Part shown: one piece after another, positions 50,883 through 63,404 of the stretch | Numbering within the stretch: position 1 is the first letter of the stretch | Layout: each line of letters opens with the position of its first letter | Assembly: GCA_038087875.1 (NCBI GenBank) | Contig: CM075992.1 | Location: 11,968,001-12,032,000 of the forward strand | Origin: Malacoraja senta | Lineage: Eukaryota | Direction: 5' to 3' | DNA: 64,000 nucleotides | Notes under the pieces: generated by a model | What the model saw: only the letters and a program-made list of their open reading frames with translations | The model's database searches: none | What the model was told of the DNA's origin: nothing | Made by a program: the position numbers and the translations under genes

Positions 50883-52358
50883 CATTCACTCTATCTACTC
50901 CCCATGACTTTATACATCTCTGTAAGTTCATCCGTCAGCCTCCTGTGCTCCAAGGATTAAGGTCCTAACCTGCCCAACTCTGTAGCTCTAGAACTTGGGT
51001 CCCAACAACATCCTCATAAACCCACTTTGTTATCTTGCGTCAGCTTAATGAAATCTTTCCTAAACTGAAGACAATGCCCAAGTGCAAGTTCACCTTACTA
51101 AAATCCATGTAGACAACATCTACCACCCTACCCTTATTGATCACCTTTGTCACCTCCACCTAGGTCAGGGCATTGGGTATAAGAGTCAGGAAATCATGGT
51201 ACAGCTTGATAGGACTTTGGTGAGGCCACATTTGGAATATTGTGTGCATTTCTAGTCGCCCTATTGCAGGAAGGATGTGGAGGCTTTGGAAAGGGGGCAG
51301 AGGAAGTTTACCAGATTGCTGCCAGGATTAGGGGGTATTAGCTACATGGAGATGTTGGACAGACTTGGATTGTTTTCTCTGGATGCCGAGGCTGCAGGAA
51401 AACCTGATGGATGTACATAAAATGATGAGAGGCATAGATAGGGCAGGCAGTCAGAACCTTTGTCCCAGGATGAAAGAAATCAAATACTAGAGAGCATAGC
51501 TTTAAGGTGAAAGGGCAAAATTTAAAGCAGATCCACCAGGCAACTTTTGTTTTACACAGAGGGTGGTTAGTGCCTGGATTGCACTGCCAGGGTCGGTGGT
51601 TGAGGCAGATACAATAATGGCATTCATGAGGCTTTTGACTAGAGATATGGATATGCAGGGAATGGAGGGATATGGATTATTCACAGATAGATAAGGGATA
51701 GTCTTGGCATCATGTTCAGCACAGACATTGTGGAACAAAGGGCCTGTCCTTGTGCTGCACTGATCTGTGTTTTATGAACACTTGGGAGCTTTGAAACTTA
51801 ATGGACAGTTTGCATTACAGTCAAGGAAGGGCTAAACATCCTATGACGTATGAAGGTAGATAAATCTCCTGGTCCTAATCAGATCTATACAAGGATACAG
51901 TGGGATGCTGAAGATTAAATTGCAAGAGCCCTGGCTAAGATATATAAATCATCATTAGACAAGGGTGAGGTGCCAGAAACCTTGAAGGTGGCTAATGTTG
52001 TGCCACTATTTAAAAAGGGCTGCAAAGAAAAACCTTGGAACTATAGAGCAATGAAGATAACGTCTGTGGTAGGTAAGATACAGGAGAGGGTTTTGAGGGA
52101 TAATAATAATAATAATAATACATTTTATTTATATAACACTTTTCAGGACTCAAAGTCGCTTTAGATAAGATGCATTTGGAAAGGTGGGGGTTGTTTTTGA
52201 TTGATTTTTTTAATGAAATAACCAAGGTTGAGGGCAGAGTTGTATCAATAGTCTCTATGGACTTTAGCAGGGCCCAGTGTAAGGTTCTCCATCGTAGGCT
52301 TCATTGGAAGGTTCGATAACGTGGGATCCAGGGAGAGCCAGCTAACTGGATATAGAAT

Positions 52359-52577
52359 GTGTAAGAAGGAACTGCAGATGCTGCTTTAAACCGAAGATAG
52401 ACACAAAAAGCTGGAGTAACTCAGCGGGTCAGACAGCATTTCTGGAGAAAAGGAATAGGTGACGTTTCGGGTGACGTTTCGGGTCGAGACCCTTTTTCAC
52501 ACTCGACCCGAAACGTCACCTATTCCTTTTCTCCAGAGATGCTGTTTGACCCGCTAAGTTACTCCAGCCTTTTGAGT
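52359..52577. mobile_element. Palindromic Penelope-pLTR-derived mini-element
   Basis: Two inverted pLTR pieces; 17-bp TSD ctaactggatatagaat (52342-52358, 52578-52594). Confidence 0.88.
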
Positions 52578-54108
52578 CTAACTGGATATAGAATTGGTTT
52601 CATGGATGTGAGCAGGGAGTGTGTTGCCTCACGGATCGATGCTGGGCCCATTCTGTTTGTAGTTTATATTAACAATTTGTATGAGATGATTAGTAATGAA
52701 AACAAGGCATGATTAGTAAGTTTGAAGATGCCATTAAAATAGGTGGTATCATATAGTAAATAAGGTTGTCAATAATCAGCTGGGTAAGTGGGCCAAGGAG
52801 TTTAATTAGGATGAACACATCGTTTTTTATCTAGAATAGGGGAATCAAGAACCAGATGACATAGGTTTAAGGTGAGAAGGGAAACATTTAATAGGAACCT
52901 GAGGGCAATTTTTTCCACACAAAGGATGGCGGGTATATGGAACAAGCTGCCAAAGTAGGTTGAGACAGGAAACATAACTACAGAGTTGAGGCAGGAAACA
53001 TAACTACATTTATATGCCATAGAAGGGAAAGATTTAGAGGAGGGTGAAGTGGCAAAAACAGGAAGGCAGATTATTATCTAAATGGTGTCAAGTTCGGAAA
53101 ATGGAAAGTACAACGGGATCTGGAGGTCCTTGTTCATCAGTCACTGAAAGTAACCATGCAGGTACAGCAGGCAGTGAAAAAAGCGAATGGTATGTTGGCC
53201 TTCATAACAAGAGGAGTTGAGTATAGGAGTAAAGAGGTCCTTCTGCAGTGGTACAGGGCCCTAGTGAGACCACGCCTGGTGTATTGTGTGCAATTTTGGT
53301 CTCCAAATTTGAGGAAGGACATTCTTGCTAATGAGGGAGTGCAGCGTAGGTTCACCACGTTAATTCCCGGGATGGCGGGACTGTCATATGTTGATAGAAT
53401 GGAGCATCTGGGCTTGTATACTCTGGAATTTAGAAGGATGAGATCTTATTGAAACATATAAGATTATTCAGGGATTGGACACGTTAGAGGCAGGAAACAT
53501 GTTCCCGATGTTGGGGGAGTCCAGAACCAGGGGCCACAGTTTAAGAATAAGGGGTAAGACAGTTAGAATGGAGATAAGGAAACACTTTTTCACACAGAGA
53601 ATTGTGAGTCTGTTGAATTCTCTGCCTCAGAGTGCGGTGGAGGCCAGTTCTCTGGATACTTTCAAGGGACAGCTAGATAGGGCCCTTGAATATAGCGGAG
53701 TTAGAGGATATGGGGAGAAGGCATGAATGGGGTACTGATTGGGGATGATCAGCCATGATCACACTGAATGGTGGTGCTGGCTCAAAGGGCCGAATGGCCT
53801 ACTCCTGCACCTATTGTCTATTGTCTATTATCTCTGGTTCATGGGAGTAGTGCAGATGAAGCAAGTTGGTTGGAATATGCTATTGGGCCGAAGGCCCCGT
53901 TTCCATGTTGTATGACTATAACTCCATGTTAGAGTGCTCTCTGCCATAGAAGTGAATTAAAAAAAGTATTCAACATAGGGAATCTCTTCAATCTACTGAG
54001 GAAGTAAAGACAATGATGAGTTTTCTTTGTGATGCATCAATACACTGGGCCCAGGACAGGCCTTCACAGATACACACATCCAGGAACCTGAAGCTGTTGA
54101 CTCTTTGT

Positions 54109-54324
54109 GTAGGAAAGAACTGCAGATGCTGGTTTAAATCAAAGGTAGACATAAAATGCTGGAGTAACTCAGCGGGACAGGCAGCATCTCTGGTGAGAAG
54201 GAATAAGTGAAGTTTCGGATCGAGACACTTCAGTCTGAAGAACGGTCTTGAACCGAAATGTCACCTATCCCTTCTCTCCAGAGATGTTGCGTGTCTCGCT
54301 GAGTTGCTCCAGCATTTTGTGTCT
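54109..54324. mobile_element. Palindromic Penelope-pLTR-derived mini-element
   Basis: Two inverted pLTR pieces meeting at cttcagtctgaag; 16-bp TSD gctgttgactctttgt (54093-54108, 54325-54340). Confidence 0.88.
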
Positions 54325-55387
54325 GCTGTTGACTCTTTGTTCTGTTGCCTCATTAATGAAGACAGGTTCATGGATCCCTAGCTTTCCTGAAGTTGATTGG
54401 TTGCATTATGGACTGGTTTGGCAATTTGAACACCTTGGAACAAAGGAGAACACAATAATGGTGAACACAGCCTGGTCCATCATGGGTACTGACCTCCCCA
54501 CCATTGAAGTGATCTATAGGAGGCGTTGCCTCAAAGAGGCAGCCAGTATCATCAAGAACCCACACCACCTGGCCACGCTCTCATTTCACTTCCCCCATTG
54601 GGAAAAGGTTTGGGAGTCTGAAACTATGACCTCAGGCTGTTCAGGAACAGCTTCTTCCCAACAACCTCCAGGCATTTGAACACTACAAACTCCAACTAAA
54701 CTACAAACTATGAACTGTCTTGATTGCACCAAGTAATTTCAGTTTTTGTTTTGCACTAATATAGTTTTTTTGTAATTTATTGAACTTTTGTTTATTGTAT
54801 TACCTATGAGTTCTGTGTTTACAGAGCTGTTATGGCTGCCATGTAAGAATTTCACAGTATAAATAAGTGAGTAGAGCAGGGGACTGAGCTCACTGCCCTG
54901 AGGTGCCCTGTGTTGATGGCCATCGAGGAGCAAGTGTTGTTGCAATCTGGACTGATTGCAGTCTGGTGATGAGGAAGTCGTTGATCAATATAAACGACAA
55001 ACCTTACAGAACGTCATCCAGCACGGAAACAGACCAACGGAAGTCATAGTGAAAATAGTGAGTGCATTGATGCTGTCTCCAGAATTCAACATAATGGAGT
55101 TGCCACTTTGGAGGGGACCAAACAGAATCCATGCTACTTTAGAAAAGGAGCAAGGGAGACGATAGGAAACTACAGGCAGTTAGTCTAACTTGAGTGGTCA
55201 GTGAAATGTATCTTCGTACCAATGCATTATCCCTTATATCCCTTATCATTTATCCACACACTGCGAATGGCTCACAGTGTACAGATTCAATTGTAATCAT
55301 GTATTGTCTTTCCGCTGGCTGGTTAACATGTAACAAAAGCTTCTCACTGTACCTCGGTACACATGACAATAAACTTAACTGAAACTG

Positions 55388-55532
55388 CAGTGTACAACCA
55401 ACCAAGTGTCCTGGCCCAGTGCACTGATCCAGTGTAATGACCTAGTGTACCGGCCCAGTATACCAACCCAATATACTGACTCAGCGCACAGGCCCAGTAA
55501 ATCGACCCAGTGAACCAGCCAGTGTACCACCC
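55388..55532 (+). repeat. Degenerate 12-13 bp minisatellite (CCAGTGTA core), 3' part
   Basis: About 11 diverged units such as cccagtgcactg, tccagtgtaatg, cccagtatacca. Confidence 0.75.
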
Positions 55533-55588
55533 TGTGCAGCCCAGCTCAGGCTCATTAATCCCTTGTTGTTCTCTTGCATCACTTCCAG

Positions 55589-55809
55589 AATCTTTGTGCC
55601 ATCATCGCTGGATTCCTGCATTATTTCTTCCTGGCCTGTTTTTCCTGGATGCTCCTGGAAGGTGTGCAGCTTCATCTCATGCTGGTGAAAGTCTTCAATG
55701 CAAAGAGTCTGAGACCAACGTACATGTACTTGTTTGGCTACGGTTGCCCCCTGATTACTGTTGGCATCTCAGCAGCCGTGTTTTCCCAGGGATATGGAAC
55801 AGACAAGTA
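55589..55809 (+). CDS. ADGRE-like exon: TM3-TM4 (NLCAIIAGFLHYFFLACFSWMLLEGVQLHLMLVKVFNAKSLRPTYMYLFGYGCPLITVGISAAVFSQGYGTDK)
   Basis: Adhesion-GPCR motif LHYFFLA.F.WM..EG and GYG.P; acceptor acttccag|, donor |gtaagt; 221 nt, phase 0-2. Confidence 0.95.
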
Positions 55810-58800
55810 GTAAGTTAGAAAACTGCAGATTTTTATGCAGACATTGCACTCAGAGCACATTGAGTTTCTGTGACAGGAATAAACATGGTTGCCGGAGGAG
55901 GCCATTCGACCCCTTGCACCTATTCTAACATTCAGTTGGACCATGACCAACCTACAACCTCAGGACCATTTTTTTGCACTGACCCTATTTTCCCCATATC
56001 CTTGATATCCATCTCTGTCTGAAAACACTCAGCGACTGAGCCTGCAAAACTCACTTGGGGAGAGGATTGCAAAGGTTCTCCACCCACTAAGTGAAGATAT
56101 TTCTTCCCATCTCCACATGCAGCATGGGAACAGGCCCTTCATCCCATGAGGTCAACCATCAAGCACCCTTTTATCCCAATCCTACACTGATCCCTCTTTC
56201 TCTTCCCAAAATTTCCATCAACTGCTCCAGATCCCCAAGTCCCATTCCTGTATTGTCCTGTTCCATGTTCTATGCTATCATTCATGGGATAATTTACAGC
56301 TACCTATCAACCTACACATGTTTGGGATGTTGATGGAGACTGCAGCACCCAAGGGGATTTGTGTGGATTTAGGTGGAACATGCAAACTCCACATCGGCAT
56401 CACCCAAAGTCAGGATCAAACCCAGGTCTCTGGAACTGAGGCAACAGTTCCATTAGCCACTCTAATTATGATCCCCGATTGCCAGGGGAAATACTATCCT
56501 TGCATCTATTCTATCCCCATGGGAATTTCATATATTTTAATGGGATTTCATCCAACTCTTCTCAACTCTGGGTAGTAGAGGCCCAGTCCGCTGGTCTCGC
56601 TCCAGGCATCGAACTGGTGAACCTTCATTTCATTCAGTACGTCAGAGGTGTTCTCTTCCTTGGATAGGGAAACCCGGCTGATGCACCCACGTATATGTGT
56701 CTTAGAGTCAGAGATGTGCTGCACAGAAATGGGACCTTTGGCCCACCATCAAAGGAAACAGAAATCAGTCATGGTTCCTGAGGAATACGAAGAAATCAGG
56801 AAAATACTTAAACTAGAAATTAGGATGAGTAAAAGTAGTTTGGCAAATAAGGTCGAGGAGAGTTCCCAGGCATTTTGTATCTAAGGAGAAAGGGTTACTT
56901 GGTAAACGGTAGGACAAAGGTGGGAATTTATGCCTGAAGCCAGAGAAATGGACAAGGTCCTTAATGTGTACTTAACATTAGCATTCCCAAGAGGAAGGGC
57001 ATTGATGATGTTGAGATTCAGGAGGGTGCGTTGATATTAGAGTCAGAGGTCATACAGCAAAGAAACAGGCCCTTCGGCCCAACTACCCCATGCCAACCCA
57101 GATGCCCCATCTGCACTAGTCCAACCTGTCCATGTTGGCACATCTCTCCTGTCCACGTACCTGTCCAAATGTCTTTTACATTTTATTACAGTACCTGTCT
57201 CAACTATCCACTCTTTCAGGCCGTTGTATGTAACCACCACCCTCTCTGTGAAAAGTCCCCTCAGGTTCCTATCTTCCCCTCTCACCTTAAACAAATGTTG
57301 CCTGGTTCTTGATTCTCGTACTCTAGATAAACTCTAGATATGTTTTCACCTTACCTATTCCCCTCATGATGTCATACACCTCCACATGATCACCCCTCTA
57401 CCTACTGAGGTTCACGGAATAAAGATCTAGCCTGCTCAACCATTCCCTACAGCTCAGGGCCTCGAGTGCCAACACCTCACCACACAGGTGAGGTGCCGCA
57501 AGGCTGAAGGGTGTGCCTCTATTTAAGAAGGGCTCGAAGGAAGAGAGTATTCTGAGGGATAGGATATATATGCATTGGACAGTGGCTAATCAGGGCTAGT
57601 CTGCATGGTTAGGTACATGGAAGCGTGTGACTTACCAATCTAATTAAATTTTGAAGTAATCAAGGAGGCTGAAAAGGGCAAAGCCACAGACATTGTCTAC
57701 ATTGGCTTCAGCAAGAGATTTGATGAGGTTCCACATAGTAGGCTGCACTGGATCATTAGATCATATGTGATCCAGGGAGAACCAACTGACTGGATAGAGA
57801 ATTAGCTTTGTGAAAGGAAGCAGAGGGTGATGGTGGAAGGTTCTCATTCAGAATGGAGGTCTGTGACTAGTGACATGCCAGAGAATTGTGAAGGCATGAT
57901 GAGTAAGTTTGTAGATGACACTAAACTGGGTGATATAATAAATAGCGAAGATGTTTATTAAAATAATGCAGTGGTACAAGACATTGGTACAAGACATTTA
58001 GAGTATTGTGTTCAGTTTTGGTCACCTGTTCCCACAAAAGATCTCCTTTATATTCAGCGTGTGGTGGGTGCCTGGTACTTTGTGCAGGGGAGGTGGTGGA
58101 AGCAGATGAGATAGCATGTTTAATGGGCATTGAAACAAATACATGAGAAGATAGGGAATGGTGGGATACAGACCATGCACAGACAGATGGGAATGTTTAT
58201 GTTTTCATCATGATCGGAGCAGACATGGTGGGATGAAGGTCTCTTTCAGTGATGTACTGTTCTTTGTTCAATGTTTTATGTCTGTACCAACCTATGTATC
58301 CATCTACAATACAAGAATGCCATTTGCCCTGCATTAGTGCTGTATCCATCTAGGCCCTGCCTATTTATTTATTACAAACAAAGGTCCCAGCACCTATCCC
58401 TATGGTGCAACACTTTATACACACTCAGTCAGAAACACCTCATTCACCATTACACTCTGCATCCTCTCACCAAGTGCAATGTGGCTCCAGTTTATGCCCC
58501 AGACAGAGTCAGAGTCATATGGTGATACAGTGTGGAATCAGGTCCTTCGGACCAACTTCCCTACACAGGCCAACAATGTCCCAGCTACAATAGTCCCACT
58601 TGCCTGCGACCTATGTACTGAAGTCTTCTGGATTCTATGCACCTTAATCTTGTAGATCAGCACACCATGTGGGGCTTTGTCAAATGTCTTGCTGATGTCC
58701 ATATGGGCAACATCTTCTGCCCTCCTTCATCAATCTCTGTTGCCTCCTCGAAAAACCCCATCACAATTTCCCCACACAAATACATGCTGACCAAACCTAA

Positions 58801-59001
58801 CCATTCCTGCCTTTCCAAACATTTTATGTCCCTCAGAACTCCCTCCAATATGTTCCCAACCACTGACACAAGGTTCACTCACCTGTACTTATCTGCTTAC
58901 CCCTTCTGCCTTAAAACAAAATCTTCTTGCGGTCAAAGTAACATAGTTTGCCTTCCTGACTGCCCCCTGCACCAGTACATTAACTTCCAGTGGTTTGTCT
59001 A

Positions 59002-59950
59002 GAAACATAGAAAATAGGTGCAGGAGTAGGCCATTCGGCCCTTCAAGCCAACACTGCCATTCAATATGAGCATGGCTGATCATCCAGAATCAGTACCCCA
59101 TCCCTGCTTTCTCCCATATCCCTTCATTCCATTAGCTCTAAGACCTATATCCAACTCTCTCTTGAATACATCCAGTGAATTGGCCTCCACTGACATTGTA
59201 GCAGAGAATGCCATGAATTCACAACTCTCTGGATGAAAAAGTATTTCCTCATCTCAGTCCTAAATGGCCTACCTCCTTTTCTTACGCTGTGACCACTGGT
59301 TCTGGACTCCTCAAACATCGGGAACATTTTTCCTGGATCTAGCCTGTCCAATCCCTTAAGAATTTTATATAATACAACCTCTCATCCTTCTAAATTACAG
59401 TGAATAAAAGCCCAGTCGATCCAATATTTCATCATTTGTCAGTCCCGCCATCCTGGGAATTAACCTGGTGAACCTACACTGCACTCCCTCTATAGAATGT
59501 CCTTCCTCAAATTAGCAGGCCAAAACTGCACACGATACACCATGGCCCTGTACAACTGCTGTAGAACCAACTTGCTCCTATACTCAAATCTGCTCGCTAT
59601 GAAGGCCAACATGCCATTTGCTTTCTTCACTGCCTGCTGTACCTGCATGCTTACTTTCAGTGACTGATGTGCAAGGACACCCATGTCTCGTTGCACCTCC
59701 CCTTCTCCTAATCTGACACCATTCAGATAATCTGCCTTCTTGTTTTTGCCAACAAAGAGGATAACCTCACATTTATCCACATTATACTGCATCTGCCATG
59801 CATCTGCCCACTCACCCAACCTATCCAAGTCACCCTGCAGCCTCATAGCATCCCCCTCGCAGGTCACACTGCTACCGAGATTTGTGTCATCCACAAACTT
59901 GGAGATGTTACATTTAATTCCTTTGTCTAAATCGTTAATATATATTGTAT
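59002..59950 (-). mobile_element. CR1 LINE 3' portion
   Basis: ORFs 59490-59894 and 59145-59351; (TTTCTATG) tail at 59002-59015. Confidence 0.9.
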
Positions 59951-60469
59951 ATTGTAAATGTAGTCTACCAGGGATGGAACAAGAGCTTTCACCAACAGCC
60001 CCAACTTGTTCTCAAGGAGGTCACACGTGGCCTCTCTCCGGCTCAGGTGGAGGTGAGTTGGGGTGGGATAGATAGATTGAGAGGCAGATATGAGGGGTGC
60101 AGTGGAGATGGATGGGGTAAGGTCACTGAACAATCATCAAGGGAAAGAATATAGCTACAAATAATAAAGCCCTTCCCCAGCCACTACGGCCTGCAGCACA
60201 AGGACAAAGGACCAGAAGGCTTGAGGACCCCGACTGCAGGAGAACAAAGAAGGGAAGAAATTGAACTTTGTTTTTGCCTTCCATCACCGTGAGGAATGTG
60301 GAGGAGTCACTGTGGTGGATGTTTATGTTAAAATGTATTTTGTGTGTCTTATTGGTCTGACTGTATGGTAAATCAAATTGCTTGTATGTTGCAAAACATA
60401 CTTGGCTAATAAAGTCTGATAATGATTATGAAGCCCAACAGTGTCAAGCTGGGTCCACACAGAATTGTG

Positions 60470-61620
60470 TGTAAGTATGTTTATTGGCCAAGTATTCACT
60501 TACAAGGAATTTGCCTTGGTGCTCCGCCCACAAGTTACAACATGACATACATGACAGTTACGAATAACTCAGAAAACACTAAACATTAATAATAATAAAA
60601 CATTAATGATAAAAACACCATTGATCAAGCATGTGAACCAACAAAATACCAGATCAAAGGGAGGCTACAGATTTTTGGCTGTTGAGTAGAGCAACTACTC
60701 GTGGATAAAAACAGTTTTTATGTCTGGCTGTGGCAGCTTTGACAGTCCAGAGTCGCCTTCCCGAGGGAATTGATTCAAAGAGTTTGTGGCCAGGTGAGAG
60801 GGGTCAGAGATGATTTTGCCCGCTCGCTTCCTGGCCCTTGCAGTGTGCAGTTCATTTATGGAGGGAAGGTTGCAGCCAAAAATCTTCTCTGCTGATCGGA
60901 CGATTCGCTGCAGCCTCCAGGTGTCATGCTTGGTGGCTGAGCCAAACCAGACCATGATGGAGAAAGTGAGAACAGACTCTATGAAGGCCGTGTAGAATTG
61001 AATCATCATTGCCTGTGGTAGATTGTGCTTCCTCAGCTGCCGCAGGAAGTACATCCTCTGTTGTGCCTTTTTGACTGTGGAGTCGATGGTAGCCCCTCAC
61101 TTAAGGTCCTTGGAGATGATGGTTCCCAGGAACTTAAAAGACTCCACAGATGTGCCTGTGGTGTTGTTGATGGTGAGTGGGGTGAGGGGAGGGAGCTCTC
61201 CTAAAGTCTACAATCACTTCCACTGTCTTAAGAGCATTGAGCTCTAGGTTGTTGCGACGGCACCAGGACACCAGCTGTGACACTTCCTGTCTGTAGGCAG
61301 ATTCCTCCCCATCCTGGATCAGTCCAATCAGGGTTGTGTCATCCGCAAACTTGAGAAGCTTGACAGAGGTGTCTGTGGAGGTGCAGTCATTGGTGTAGAG
61401 AGAGTAGAGTAGAGGAGAGAGTACGCAGCCTTGCGGTGCTCCTATGCTGAGTGTTTGCGGGTCTGAGATGTGCTTTCCCAGCCTCACATGCTGCTTCCTG
61501 TCTGTCAGGAAGTTGGTGATCCACTTACAAAGGGGTTCAGGCACAGTCAACTCAGAAGGTTTGAAGTGTAGTAGCTCTGGCACAATGGTGTTGAATGCAG
61601 AACTAAATCAACAAACAGAA
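60470..61620 (-). mobile_element. 5'-truncated Rex1/Babar-clade LINE
   Basis: FSSAFNTIVPELL, GAPQGCVLSPLLYSLYTNDC, KFADDTT, MYFLRQLRKHNLP; 3' UTR ending cttggccaataaac. Confidence 0.9.
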
Positions 61621-61811
61621 GTGAGGTAGCAATGTACCCATGACGGGAGTAGTCGATTCCTGCCGAGCCTCACACGTGGCAGGGAGGCTGTCTGAGCAGC
61701 AATGTTACTGGTGTGGGAACATACCTGTACGTGTGTGTGTTGCATGTGTGTTCAAAGTGTAAACATTTTACAGTGTCATTTGGAAACAACATTTTTGTAC
61801 TCTTTCCCCAG

Positions 61812-61869
61812 TGTTGGTTGGATCTAAAGTCGGGATTTTCTGGGCTTTCTGGTCTGTGTGATTATTCTG
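61812..61869 (+). pseudogene. ADGRE-like ECL2/TM5 exon, frame-disrupted (remnant of CWLDLKSGF.WAF...VCVIIL)
   Basis: Acceptor ctctttccccag|, donor |gtaagt; 58 nt. CWLDLKSGF, WAF and VCVIIL lie in different frames; the spliced frame reads TAT GTT GGT TGG ATC TAA. Confidence 0.82.
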
Positions 61870-62263
61870 GTAAGTTTGGAAAAATATGAAACAGAGAATG
61901 TCTGTTTAATTCAGGAAAAATGTGAGCTGATGCGTTTCGGAACCACTAATGAGGATAGGACATCAACCATGAATGGCAGGTCGGAGGAACAGAGGGGCGT
62001 TGGAGCATGGCACAGATCTGGTAAGGTGACAGCGACTGAACTTGCTGTCAGGTTAACCTGTACTGTAATCTTGGGTATTAATATTTAGCAGTATCGGATT
62101 GGATGAAAGTTCTCCAAAGAGCATTGGTAAAGATTATGTCTTTATCACTGGTTTTCGTGATAAATCTTTAGACTGTCCATAAATATTTGTAGATTCACAA
62201 TGCATATGAGAAGATTTGAAGTCATCCACACAGGGCTGATGGAACACTACGGTAATATCTACA

Positions 62264-63117
62264 TCAAATGTTTCAAAGGTTTCAAAGGTTCATTTATTGT
62301 CACATGCAACTACTTGGTGCAGTGAAATTCAAGTTGCCATTGCAGCACATTAATAAGAATACCACATAACATTAGAAAGGAATTTAACAATAAACATAAA
62401 AAACATCCCCCCACAATGTTTCCACTGTGAGGGAAGGCACAAAATCCAATCCCCATCCCCTTGTCCATCCATAGTCGGGCCTATTGAGGCCTCCGCAGTT
62501 GCCACTACGGCGGCCCGATATTTCAGGCCCTTCTCGCCGGGTGATGGTGCTCCAGCGTCGGGAGAACCCACTCAGCGGCTTGGGACACCTGGAACGGCCG
62601 CTTCCTTACCGGAGACTGTGGCTTCTGAAGCCGTCAGGCCGGGCTGGACAGAGCTCCCACCACTGGCGATCTCGCCGAGAGATCCCAGGCTCCCGATGTT
62701 AAAGTCAATGCCTCCACCTGCGGCTGGCCGCTCCACAGACCCGCAGCTCCACGATGTTCACCTGCGGTCTCAGCATTTCGGAGCTCCAGCGCGGCGACCC
62801 GGGCAAGGCATCGCCCGCTCCGCTCCGCGATAGCGCTCCAGCGCTGTGCCGCCGCCGAAGCCATGGTTCTGGCCGGTCCCCTCAGGAAACGCCGCTCCAG
62901 ACCCGTTGGTAGTCCGCGAGGACGGTCGAGATGCTGCCCGGAGAAAGCCGCCTCTCCGACCAGGTAGGGACTAGGAAAAGCAGTTTCCCCTTCCCCCCCC
63001 CCCCCCCCCCCCACCCCAACATTAAAAAAAGTATAGACCTCAAAACAAAACACTTTTTAACACACTAAAAATAAAAAGAAAGAAGTGAAAAGACAGACAG
63101 CTGCAGGCTGGGCAGCC
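62264..63117 (-). mobile_element. GC/CpG-rich non-autonomous retroelement with Rex-type 3' end
   Basis: Body homologous to 30511-31200 (gcacagcgctggagcgctatcgcggag..gggcgatgccttgcc); tail ...gtgacaataaa + (CCTTTGAAA)n. Confidence 0.75.
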
Positions 63118-63404
63118 ATACCCAACTGGGTGGTGCCCCCGCTGCACAATCCCCATAATCACTGTCTTTTTGCCCACCTACTGACTTGCGACGGAGAGGC
63201 AGCCACTGCGGACGATCTCCGCAGAGGCACAGATGTGCCCACAGGCTGTGGCAAAGCGATGGCAGAATGTCGTCTGACACACTAGCGAACAACTGTCTTT
63301 TTAAAATGATTGTTGAGGATCAATGTAGAGGCAAACATGTCCAAATGTAACTATTTATGCACTGCTAGATGTTTCTATGAAAATGGAAATGAATTAAAGA
63401 TAAC

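Larger units (their letters stand above)
7786..61869 (+). pseudogene. Adhesion GPCR, EGF-TM7/ADGRE (CD97/EMR-like) family locus; partial and apparently disrupted
   Basis: Five co-oriented exons with GT-AG sites encode EGF and family-B-type TM1-5 sequence. The last exon gives an in-frame TAA after splicing and no GAIN/GPS exons are seen. Confidence 0.7.
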
